From a candidate division WOR-3 bacterium (GTDB lineage Bacteria; Hydrothermota; 32-111), in contig JBBFKX010000003.1 in NCBI GenBank assembly GCA_037481815.1, positions 64,001 through 128,000 on the forward strand: a stretch of DNA of 64,000 nt, read 5' to 3'. The notes under the pieces are model-generated. The model saw nothing but the letters and a program-made list of their open reading frames with translations, was not told the DNA's origin and did no database searches. Shown piece after piece: positions 8,394 to 19,260 of the stretch. Position numbers and translations under genes: made by a program. Position 1 is the stretch's first letter. Each line of letters starts with the position of its first letter.

Positions 8394-8972
8394 TCACTTT
8401 TTTTTCTTTGTATCAACAGTTTTAACCAATTTGATCACTTTATTTCTGACGACTCCATATTCATCCAACTTAAAGATCACAGAGTCCTGTTCTATTTTTA
8501 AAAGAATACCATTTTTTATCTTCTGTCCCTCATAAAATATGAACCCAAGCCCAGAAGCATCTTTCAACAAAGCAAGTTTTCCGTTTTTTCCTTTGATCAT
8601 TCCATAATACATTGCACTTTCAATATCGATCTGTACTTTTCCATCCCTCTGCTGTTCAAGTATTGAGACGAAAGGATCATTCTTTGTCTTTGTTTTGAAT
8701 GTGTATGTTTCAATAGTAAAAGGAAGTGCTGAGGTAGTATCGTATGGTAAAGAATCAATAACTTGCTCTTCTATATCAGTTTTTACAACATTCGTGTCAG
8801 TTGTTGAAACGATATTCTCTGTTGCTTTCACATCCTTTTTAGAGGTCAGGGCATTCGATGATTTTTCAATCGCTGAATTCACAGGATTGCCTCTTGAACA
8901 GGAGATCAAGAAAAATAGAACGATCATAATTGAAAAAAGAAGGGTTGATTTACTATTTTTTCTTTTTAACAT
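8394..8972 (-). CDS. pilP: PilP-like lipoprotein
   Basis: Lipobox LISC, 'NDPF' motif, G.I..I....V beta domain; lies between pilO and pilQ. Confidence 0.7.
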   Translation of the reverse strand: MLKRKNSKSTLLFSIMIVLFFLISCSRGNPVNSAIEKSSNALTSKKDVKATENIVSTTDTNVVKTDIEEQVIDSLPYDTTSALPFTIETYTFKTKTKNDPFVSILEQQRDGKVQIDIESAMYYGMIKGKNGKLALLKDASGLGFIFYEGQKIKNGILLKIEQDSVIFKLDEYGVVRNKVIKLVKTVDTKKKK

Positions 8973-9546
8973 TTTTACCTTCCTCTGTTTTTGTTTGGGC
9001 TCCTGGACCTTTATAGTAAGTTGACAAAGTTAGCACAGTTTGAATCGTACTGAGATTTTCATCAGGATTTTTTAAAGGTTTAATCGAAATACTGTTAACC
9101 TTCGTTATCCTTTTCTGGTTTCCCATATCCGTTAAAAACAATCCAAGAGAAGAAAAATTTGAGTTGAGTGTTATTTCATGGTTGATACTTGCATACTCGT
9201 TTGTCACTGATACATTCAAAGGTTTTATGTTCATTATTTTTACATTATTTTTGTTGGCATAAACGGTTAAACTGTCAAGAGCATCTTCAAGTAGTTGTGA
9301 ATCTGGAAGCATTTTGTTTGCGATTTTCAACTGATTTTCAAGTACCTTTAACCTTTTCGTGTACTCAACCAAACTTGCTGCAACCTTTCTTGCTTCATTA
9401 ACCTGAGTGTTCAGTTTATCGTTTTCAGCTTTAAGTTGAGAAATGGTTTTTGAATTTTTTGAATAATCAAATTTCCAGTATAGAAAGAGGATCGCTATCA
9501 GAACAACGACGGTTATTATAGTTTTTATTAAATTATTTTTTTCCAT
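8953..9546 (-). CDS. pilO: Type IV pilus alignment protein PilO
   Basis: TM helix plus coiled coil, 'MLP', 'F..LG.FL..M.N..RI..V'; synteny. Confidence 0.88.
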   Translation of the reverse strand: MEKNNLIKTIITVVVLIAILFLYWKFDYSKNSKTISQLKAENDKLNTQVNEARKVAASLVEYTKRLKVLENQLKIANKMLPDSQLLEDALDSLTVYANKNNVKIMNIKPLNVSVTNEYASINHEITLNSNFSSLGLFLTDMGNQKRITKVNSISIKPLKNPDENLSTIQTVLTLSTYYKGPGAQTKTEEGKNVKKKK

Positions 9547-9555
9547 CTGCCACCC

Positions 9556-10134
9556 CTATTTTTTGTAGGTACAATTTATTTCAAAAGAGATTATATCGTA
9601 GCCACCCTCTGGTTTGTTAACAATATCCTTTAAAGTGAAGTTATCAAAATATTCTGTTTCTTTTTTCAGATTTGTTAAAAGATCGGTTATCATAAGGTTT
9701 GAAAAAGTTTTTCCTTTCAAAATTAACCTTTTATCTTTTACGGTCAATTCTTCGAGCCAGACATATTCAGGTAAAAGTTGGTTTATTTTATCAAGAAGTT
9801 GAGCATAAGCAAATTTTCCAGATATAAGATTTTTTATTGTTTCCATTTTGGCATTTATTTCACTCTCTTTCTGTTTCATCTTTTCAACCTTCGCAACCTC
9901 TTCCTGTAATTTTTTAAGTTCATTCTGTTTTTCAGTTATTTTCTTCTTTAACTGGTTTATCTGCCCAACCTGAGAGAAATGTATTATAAAAATAATGATG
10001 AAGAGGAGAACCGCAACACCAATTGAAACAAAAAATCCGAGATTAGTCGGGATCTTGATACCGATTTTTGGTATTCCACCCTCACTCTTCTTTCGCTTTC
10101 TTTCCTCTTCTGGTAGTAAATTTATCTCTATCAT
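9556..10134 (-). CDS. pilN: Type IV pilus alignment protein PilN
   Basis: N-terminal INLLP PilM-binding motif, TM helix, LPEYVWL. Confidence 0.92.
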   Translation of the reverse strand: MIEINLLPEEERKRKKSEGGIPKIGIKIPTNLGFFVSIGVAVLLFIIIFIIHFSQVGQINQLKKKITEKQNELKKLQEEVAKVEKMKQKESEINAKMETIKNLISGKFAYAQLLDKINQLLPEYVWLEELTVKDKRLILKGKTFSNLMITDLLTNLKKETEYFDNFTLKDIVNKPEGGYDIISFEINCTYKK

Positions 10135-10147
10135 CTTTACCTCTCTT

Positions 10148-11176
10148 TTAAGGATTTCTTAAACTCAAACCTATTGAGGGAACAAGTAACGGTGATATTT
10201 TTTCAACTTCTTCAAGAGTCAGAAGACCTTCTTTGATTTTTACTTTTCTGAAAGGATCAAGTTTTTCGACATTGATTTCAAACCTGTTTTTAAAATAATC
10301 GAGAATTTCAGGTCCATTCGCTCCACCGCCTGATATAAAAATTTTATCTATCTTCTCCCTGTTTGTGAATGGGATAGCCCTTTCTATATGGGTACAGAGT
10401 TCATCGTAGAACGACTCAAGACCTTCTTTAATCTTATCCTCAGAAATCTCGTTTAAAGTTTCTCCTTTGAAAACTTTATCGAGTTGGTCTTTTGTTATTC
10501 CGGGAATCTTCTGCAATAACGACTTTATCGCAGTTGTAACATCTCTTGTGAAAAGATTGTTTGTTCCATCAATAAAACTCAATATTGTGTTCTCATAACC
10601 GATATGAACGAGAGTAACTATCTCATTTGGAACTGGATCATAGTTCGCTTCAAAGCAATTCTGGATTGTGAACGCTGGTACATCGATAACACAGGGGTTA
10701 AGTTCCATATCCTTAATGAGTGTAACAAATGGATAGAGTATCTCTTTTTTCGCAGCTACGAGCAAAACATCGACTTTTCCCTGTTCTTCAGAAGGTCCTA
10801 AAACTTTGTAATCAAGTTGAACATCCTCAATACTGTATGGAATATTCGTTTCTGCTTCCTGTCTTACCATAATCGAGAGTTCACTATCCTTCATCTGATC
10901 CATTTTTAACTTTTTAACTATAACACCTCTTCCGATCAAAGCACACGAAACATCCTTTTCTTTCACATCCCTTGATACCAAAAGATTTTTTACAGTGTCG
11001 ACCAATTGCAACCTATCCATTATTTCACCATCGGCGATTGCAATATCGGAAAGTTCTGAGAAACCAAAATCCTTCAATACCGGTTCACCTGAAGAAAGAT
11101 CAATGATTGAGTATTTTATAAACGAACTTCCAATGTCGAGACCAAGATAAGTTTTTTTTCTTTTTTTAAAAGCCAT
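10148..11176 (-). CDS. pilM: Type IV pilus assembly protein PilM (actin-like)
   Basis: LGLDIGSSFIK, IPY...V.LDY, VLLVAAKKE, ISGGGA, IGLSLR. Confidence 0.92.
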   Translation of the reverse strand: MAFKKRKKTYLGLDIGSSFIKYSIIDLSSGEPVLKDFGFSELSDIAIADGEIMDRLQLVDTVKNLLVSRDVKEKDVSCALIGRGVIVKKLKMDQMKDSELSIMVRQEAETNIPYSIEDVQLDYKVLGPSEEQGKVDVLLVAAKKEILYPFVTLIKDMELNPCVIDVPAFTIQNCFEANYDPVPNEIVTLVHIGYENTILSFIDGTNNLFTRDVTTAIKSLLQKIPGITKDQLDKVFKGETLNEISEDKIKEGLESFYDELCTHIERAIPFTNREKIDKIFISGGGANGPEILDYFKNRFEINVEKLDPFRKVKIKEGLLTLEEVEKISPLLVPSIGLSLRNP

Positions 11177-11188
11177 AAAACCACCTTT

Positions 11189-11374
11189 TTATCCTTCAAT
11201 AAATTTTTTTATTTCCCTTCCTTCTATGTACCACTTTTTCCCTATCTTTTTTCCTTTCAGAAGTTTCATCTTTAAATGTTTTCGAACCGTCTGTTCGGTA
11301 ACATTTAAAATCTCAGCAACCTCTGATACTGTATACAATTTGTTTTCATCTATCTGTGATGGAATGACTGCCAT
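11189..11374 (-). CDS. Small Xis/MerR-like (HTH_17, BldC-like) DNA-binding protein
   Basis: 61 aa, LYTVSEVAEILNVTEQTVRK...G.L.G.KIGKKWYI; GAGGG SD; ends 12 nt before the pilM start. Confidence 0.85.
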   Translation of the reverse strand: MAVIPSQIDENKLYTVSEVAEILNVTEQTVRKHLKMKLLKGKKIGKKWYIEGREIKKFIEG

Positions 11375-11423
11375 ATATCCCTCTTTTTGTATTTTTTTGT
11401 GTTTTTATACATACTTGTATATA

Positions 11424-11451
11424 TTTATACACATTTTATCCACAATGTCAA
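11424..11451 (-). promoter_or_regulatory. sigma70 promoter of the HTH-pilMNOPQ operon, overlapped by DnaA boxes and 10-bp repeats
   Basis: TTGACA(11451-11446)-16 nt-TATAAA(11429-11424); TTATCCACA at 11436-11444 and TTATACACA at 11425-11433. Confidence 0.6.
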
Positions 11452-11602
11452 TAGGTTAAAACCATTTTTAAGATTTTTTTGTAAGTGTCAATTTGTTTAT
11501 AATTTTAACAAATAACTTTTATTCGAAAACACTTTTCAATAAAAGACCCTAAAAGATTATAAAAATTTTTATAAAGATCTAAAAAATTTGTTTCTGCTAA
11601 AA

Positions 11603-11611
11603 TGTGGATAA
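11603..11611 (-). promoter_or_regulatory. Consensus DnaA box
   Basis: TGTGGATAA on +, i.e. TTATCCACA on -. Confidence 0.5.
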
Positions 11612-11666
11612 CTTTTTTCTTGATATTTTTTCAATTTTTTCTAAAATGTTAAAAAGGGGTAATTTT

Positions 11667-12119
11667 ATGGAAAAAGAAAAAATCTATGTAGAGGTAATTG
11701 AAAAGATAAAAAGAATAGAAGGAAAAGATAAAAGAACAGTTTTGAAAAAAATAACAGAGATCCTTCAGGAGAGTTTCAAAGATTTTGATTGGGTTGGATT
11801 TTATCTCGTTGAGGATGGAAAACTCATACTTTCTGAGTTTGTCGGTGAACCAACAGTACATACAAAAATAAATTTTGGAGAAGGGATATGTGGACAGGCA
11901 GCTGAAAGTCAAAAAACCTTTATAGTGCAGGATGTTTCAAAAGAAAAGAATTATCTTTCATGTTCTCCAAAAGTGAAATCTGAAATCGTTGTACCAATTT
12001 TTAAAGATCAAAAAATCGTAGGAGAACTTGATATAGATTCACACACGCTAAACGCTTTCGATGAAATCGATAAAGAAAATCTTGAAAAGATATGTAAATA
12101 TCTTGAAAAACTTTTTTAA
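11667..12119 (+). CDS. msrC: GAF-domain protein, free methionine-(R)-sulfoxide reductase (MsrC/YebR) family
   Basis: DWVGFYL, G.GICGQAA, YLSCS...KSEIVVPI, GELDIDS. Start ATG 11667 after AGGGG. Confidence 0.75.
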   Translation: MEKEKIYVEVIEKIKRIEGKDKRTVLKKITEILQESFKDFDWVGFYLVEDGKLILSEFVGEPTVHTKINFGEGICGQAAESQKTFIVQDVSKEKNYLSCSPKVKSEIVVPIFKDQKIVGELDIDSHTLNAFDEIDKENLEKICKYLEKLF

Positions 12120-12697
12120 TAGATCACAGAATCAAGGTAAAAAAATCTTTCATCTTTTTTGAATCCAACTATTCCATTTTCAAAGTTTAAAATGAAACTA
12201 TAAACTAAGGTTGTTTCTTTCTGTTCAAGGTTCATAACAATTTTTATCGTAACAAAGTATGATGAATCATACTTTTTGTTTTTATACTCAAAAGTTTTTA
12301 CAGAATCGACCCTACAAAGGTATTTATATTTAAAATCGTTATTTTCATAAGTTTCATAAGTTTTTTGATCCTTTAATAGATATGTTGGAAAAAATGGTAT
12401 ATCAAAATAGAATCCTTCGAAAAAAATCCTTTTATACTCAAAATCTCCAAAATGGTAGAAAAAATTTTCTTTCTCATCAAAATTGTATCTTTTATATTTA
12501 AGTCCCTCTATTATCGTATCACCCGTAAACTGGATGGTTGAGATGTTGTTCTGTTGATCTGAATAGTATCTTATGGTATATTTTGTCTCCTCCATTAAAA
12601 AACTTCCACCTGTTTTCTCCACTATATCATAATCAAGATTACAGTTAGAATTGAGTAAACAAAATACTAAGATCAAAAGTAAAACTATCTTTTCCAT
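12116..12697 (-). CDS. Hypothetical exported protein / lipoprotein
   Basis: 193-aa ORF with a hydrophobic signal ending in Cys (LLNSNC) and a beta-rich body. Confidence 0.55.
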   Translation of the reverse strand: MEKIVLLLILVFCLLNSNCNLDYDIVEKTGGSFLMEETKYTIRYYSDQQNNISTIQFTGDTIIEGLKYKRYNFDEKENFFYHFGDFEYKRIFFEGFYFDIPFFPTYLLKDQKTYETYENNDFKYKYLCRVDSVKTFEYKNKKYDSSYFVTIKIVMNLEQKETTLVYSFILNFENGIVGFKKDERFFYLDSVIY

Positions 12698-13208
12698 TTA
12701 TAATTTTCTCCCTTGAATATCCAAAAGAAATTCCCCAGAAAGATTCAAAAAAGTTATAAAAAAATTTTATTGAAGGTGATAAGAATTCACAAAAACCCCT
12801 TTCAACATAATCGTAATCTCTTTTCTCTATTAAAGAGATACCGATATTCGTAAAAAAATCAATTCTATAACTATTTCTGCTAACGAGATGAAAAGTGTAT
12901 CCTGTTCCAAGATTTAAAAAATTAACACGATATGTTTCTTTATAAGTTTTAAAGGAAAAGAGTTCTCCGTTTAAAGAAAAAGAAAAATTTTTAAAGTTTA
13001 GTGTTTGATAATCTATTTTTAAACCGTTACCATTTCTCAAATAGTATGACCACTCACCGAAAGGAATTTTTGTTGTAAAAGAAATTTCAAGATCTTTCGA
13101 AAAAACTTTTGTATCAGCAAAGAAAAAGAATAAAAAAACAAGTAAAAAAATTTGGGCGAAACAGGATTCGAACCTGTGACCTCCTGCTTGTAAGGCAGGC
13201 GCTCTCAC
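12645..13208 (-). CDS. Putative small outer-membrane beta-barrel protein; start uncertain, overlaps tRNA-Val
   Basis: Hydrophobic signal-like stretch IFLLVFLFFFFA, amphipathic beta strands, C-terminal Phe. The only ATG/GTG/TTG in frame between the tRNA promoter and the signal stretch are TTG 13211 and GTG 13208. Confidence 0.45.
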   Translation of the reverse strand: MRAPALQAGGHRFESCFAQIFLLVFLFFFFADTKVFSKDLEISFTTKIPFGEWSYYLRNGNGLKIDYQTLNFKNFSFSLNGELFSFKTYKETYRVNFLNLGTGYTFHLVSRNSYRIDFFTNIGISLIEKRDYDYVERGFCEFLSPSIKFFYNFFESFWGISFGYSREKIINGKDSFTFDLSILFTQF

Positions 13209-13226
13209 CAACTGAGCTATCCGCCC
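13153..13226 (-). tRNA. tRNA-Val(UAC), CCA not encoded
   Basis: GGGCGGATAGCTCAGTTGGTGAGAGCGCCTGCCT-TAC-AAGCAGGAGGTCACAGGTTCGAATCCTGTTTCGCCCA folds into a full cloverleaf. Confidence 0.97.
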
Positions 13227-13242
13227 TTTTTTAAAGAAAGGT

Positions 13243-13271
13243 ATTATATTTATTTTTTTTGATTCAGTCAA
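13243..13271 (-). promoter_or_regulatory. sigma70 promoter of tRNA-Val
   Basis: TTGACT(13271-13266)-17 nt-TATAAT(13248-13243). Confidence 0.8.
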
Positions 13272-13280
13272 CATAAATCT

Positions 13281-14591
13281 TTACCTCAGATCAGTAAAAT
13301 CACCTTTACAAACTTCAACTGTGCCCTCTTTTATAATTTTTTCAATCCTGTATGCACCCATCGTCGGAGCTCTCATATAACCATCCCATGCTGCTTCTGC
13401 ATATCTTCCACTTTCAAGAACATAGAAGAGCCAGTCGTTAACATATTCAGGTTCATCCTGAGCAAAACCTGATCCTATGTGTGTTAACCATCTCTGGTTG
13501 AAATGTTCATGTGCCCCAACTGGAGGTGCTATGATTACTGGAAGGCCCAATGCAGTATAAAAAGATAACTCTGAAGGTTTTGTCCATATGATATCAACAT
13601 TTCTTAGTTCTCTGTTGAAAGTTTCAAAATATGACATTTTTGATCTTTCAAAAATTATTTTTACATTCTCGTTTTTGTTTAAAAAAATTTTTTCAAGTTC
13701 AATTTCAAAATAATTTTTTACATCCTCTCTTATCCCCGCCACAAGAATCACCTTAACTTTTCCATCTTTTATTTTATCTCTCAAGGAATTCACTATCTTA
13801 ATGCCAATATCTTTTTGAGCACCAGCACCTCCAACCATATAACATATAGTTAAAGGTCTTTCAACTTTAGAAGGTATTTGCCCAAGATATTTTTCGATAA
13901 TATCTTTATAAACACTTATAAACCTTTCTTTAGGATCAAGCACTTTTATTCTTTTTAAAAGATCCTCTTTCAAGATTTCCTGATTTTCACCTATATTCTC
14001 TTTTGGTAACGGAAAACCTGTGATAAAGATATTACAACTATCAACACCATATTTCAAAAGTCTCATCGAAGCGTGCCTTGTCGGAGTTAAAAATTTAATT
14101 TTAGATTTTTTTGGATCATCTGCAACCCACACTCGGTTGATATCAGTATCGGTTATGATTGAAAAAATTTTTTCAAAACCATTGTAATCTGCAGCAAGAG
14201 ATGGAATGAAATGTGTTGTTATTATAGGTATATCTTTTTCTTTTAGATGTTCAAGCAATTCTTTACAAAGCCCCATCTTCACGAGTGTCTTTAAAAAATA
14301 AACATTTCCATTTGGATTTTCCAGTTTGTTAAAAGGATAAAAAGGTGAAATAGATTGCAACTTATCATAAATATTGAATATAGAACTTCCAATAAAAGGA
14401 ATGTTTTTGGCTCTTGAGACAGCTTCATAACCGGATTGTGATGCTCTCCAAAGAAATCGTTCTTTCCAATTTGAAACATAATCAGTGTTTGCCGTCAATA
14501 TTTTTTCTTCCGCAATATCCTTTAAGGGATAAGCGGCCCTCTGATGCCCATACCCCATATCAACAGATAGAACCCATGCTTTTTTTTCCAT
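13281..14591 (-). CDS. GT-B fold glycosyltransferase-like protein (MGDG synthase/UgtP-like)
   Basis: SVDMGYGHQRAA, IITTHF, ITGFP, VGGAG, D.IWTKP, P.GAHE..N. Confidence 0.6.
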   Translation of the reverse strand: MEKKAWVLSVDMGYGHQRAAYPLKDIAEEKILTANTDYVSNWKERFLWRASQSGYEAVSRAKNIPFIGSSIFNIYDKLQSISPFYPFNKLENPNGNVYFLKTLVKMGLCKELLEHLKEKDIPIITTHFIPSLAADYNGFEKIFSIITDTDINRVWVADDPKKSKIKFLTPTRHASMRLLKYGVDSCNIFITGFPLPKENIGENQEILKEDLLKRIKVLDPKERFISVYKDIIEKYLGQIPSKVERPLTICYMVGGAGAQKDIGIKIVNSLRDKIKDGKVKVILVAGIREDVKNYFEIELEKIFLNKNENVKIIFERSKMSYFETFNRELRNVDIIWTKPSELSFYTALGLPVIIAPPVGAHEHFNQRWLTHIGSGFAQDEPEYVNDWLFYVLESGRYAEAAWDGYMRAPTMGAYRIEKIIKEGTVEVCKGDFTDLR

Positions 14592-14593
14592 AC

Positions 14594-14881
14594 TTATTGC
14601 CTTTTTAAAATTTTTTCATCCTTTCCTATCATGTTCAAATTCTCTCTTACAATCTTTTCAATATAATTCTTATCATTTTTTAAAAGATATATCTTTCTTC
14701 TCAAAAGAATGTTTTCAACCTGAGTTTTTTTTAACTGATACTTAAGATTTCTTTCATCAATTTTAGATTTCAAAAGATAGACGATACCCATTTTTGGTTG
14801 AAAGAATAAAAAAAGCAAAGAGATGGTAAAGAGCATCAAAAAAAATTTAATAAAACTTTTATTGGTTTTTCTGTTTAACAT
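14594..14881 (-). CDS. ftsB: Septum formation initiator FtsB/DivIC family
   Basis: TM helix plus coiled coil, YIEKIVRENLNMIGKDE; directly after eno, a common synteny. Confidence 0.75.
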   Translation of the reverse strand: MLNRKTNKSFIKFFLMLFTISLLFLFFQPKMGIVYLLKSKIDERNLKYQLKKTQVENILLRRKIYLLKNDKNYIEKIVRENLNMIGKDEKILKRQ

Positions 14882-17580
<2,699 letters not shown>

Positions 17581-17588
<8 letters not shown>

Positions 17589-18969
17589 TCTTTTTTATCT
17601 CCTGTTCAATGATTTGTGCCCATTCAAGAAGGTTGTCATCATCATTTCTTTTTACAACAAATTGAATCCCGATGGGAAGTTTTTGATAGTATCCACAGTT
17701 TATGTTTATCGCTGGAACATTTGCGAGATTTGCGAATGCTGTTAAAGAATCTGAAAGGTGCATCCTCACCGGGTCATCCACCCTCTCTCCGATTTTAAAA
17801 GGTAAAGAGAGTGAGGTTGGTAAGACCATCATATCATATTTTTCAAATATCCTGTCAACACTGTTTGAAATGTAATCTCTGAGTTTGAAAGATAAAGAGT
17901 AATACTTCCCATTTTCATACATTAAAAGATATGTCCCGGTCATTATCCTTCTTTTAACCTCTTTTCCAAAGCCCTCTCCCCTTACCTTTGAATATACATC
18001 GAAAAGATCCTGTCCTGAAACTTTTTGCAAACCATACTTTATTCCATCATATCTTGCAAGGTTTGAAGATGCTTCACACATAGTTTGTATTTTATATGCT
18101 GCCATCGATAGATCTATAAAATCAAGTGTAACAGGTTCCACTAAAAAACCCATAGTTTCAAGTTTTGAACAAACTTGTTCATAAAGTTCCGTAACTTTTG
18201 GATCAGCATGTGGAATCTGTTTCACATAACATATTTTCTTTAAATCTCTTTTCTCACATTTAAAATCATCAACAGTACTATCATGCTCGTCAACACCTCT
18301 TATAACATTGAAAACCTTTTTACAATCTGAAACATTTTTTGTTAATATTCCAACAGTATCGAGTGATGAAGAGAACGCAACAAGTCCATACCTTGATATT
18401 TTCCCATAGGTTGGTTTAAAACCTACAACACCACAGAATGAAGCCGGTTGTCTGACAGATCCTCCGGTATCTGATCCTATAGAGAAAGAAGAATGGTCCG
18501 AAGCCACAGATGCAGCACTCCCACCACTTGACCCACCAGGAACAAAATCTTTTTCACAGGGATTTTTTACAACTCCAAAATAGGATGTTTCATTCGAAGA
18601 ACCCATTGCAAACTCGTCAAGATTGTTTTTTCCTATAAGAATCGCTCCCGCTTTTTTCAACCTTTTGTAAACTGTTGAATCGTATGGGCTTACAAAATCT
18701 GATAAAATTTTCGAACCACATGTCATTCTGAGTCCCTTTACTGCAAAGTTATCTTTAAGTGAAAATGGTATTCCATCAAGATCTGAAAGTGTTTCTCCTT
18801 TTTCATATCTTTTCTCTGAAAGATACGCCTGCTCGTATGCAATATTTTTAGATAGAGTTATAAAATCGTTGAGTTGATCCCTTTCAATTTTTTCATAGAC
18901 AAGATCAACCATTTTTACAGGAGAATCCTCTTTGGTTTCAAAAGATTTTTTCAAACGGTCGATATTCAT
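17581..18969 (-). CDS. gatA: Asp/Glu-tRNA amidotransferase subunit A
   Basis: Amidase signature PGGSSGGSAA, GSDTGGSVRQPA, SSNLARYDG, EVKRRIMTG. Confidence 0.97.
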
Positions 18970-19259
18970 TCTTTCTCCTTAATTATTTTCGGTAGAATTA
19001 TGTAATTGTTCTTCACATTTTTTGAATTCATGAGCAAATCCTCTGTGGTGAATTCTTTCTCAGGTTCATCATGGTTGAAGAGAGTTAAATATTTTTTATA
19101 ATAATCTCCATCCGTAATGTCTTTAAGATTGACTTCTTTTAATATCCTTTCGATATCAAAAAAAATATTATTTATCTGATCAAGAAATTTTATTTTCTCC
19201 TCTTCTTCCAGTTCTATAAAAGAGTGTCTTGCGAGTTCTTCCAAAAGTTTTTTATCCAT
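18966..19259 (-). CDS. gatC: Asp/Glu-tRNA amidotransferase subunit C
   Basis: 97 aa, divergent; LA....I.L.EEE start, N......YI.LPKII end; position upstream of gatA. Confidence 0.8.
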   Translation of the reverse strand: MDKKLLEELARHSFIELEEEEKIKFLDQINNIFFDIERILKEVNLKDITDGDYYKKYLTLFNHDEPEKEFTTEDLLMNSKNVKNNYIILPKIIKEKE

Positions 19260-19260
19260 A

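Noticed and set aside
11375..11666. Firm oriC call
   Set aside because: Only three perfect boxes, no dnaA/dnaN/gidA nearby, and genes to the right mostly point toward the site. Kept only as a finding.
13179..13184. GGAGGT inside tRNA-Val as the SD for the downstream ORF
   Set aside because: No in-frame start codon 5-10 nt downstream; the motif is ordinary tRNA anticodon-stem/variable-loop sequence.
11189..13226. Prophage or integrative element (Xis-like gene near a tRNA)
   Set aside because: No integrase, no duplicated tRNA 3' end seen, and the flanking genes are housekeeping or pilus genes.
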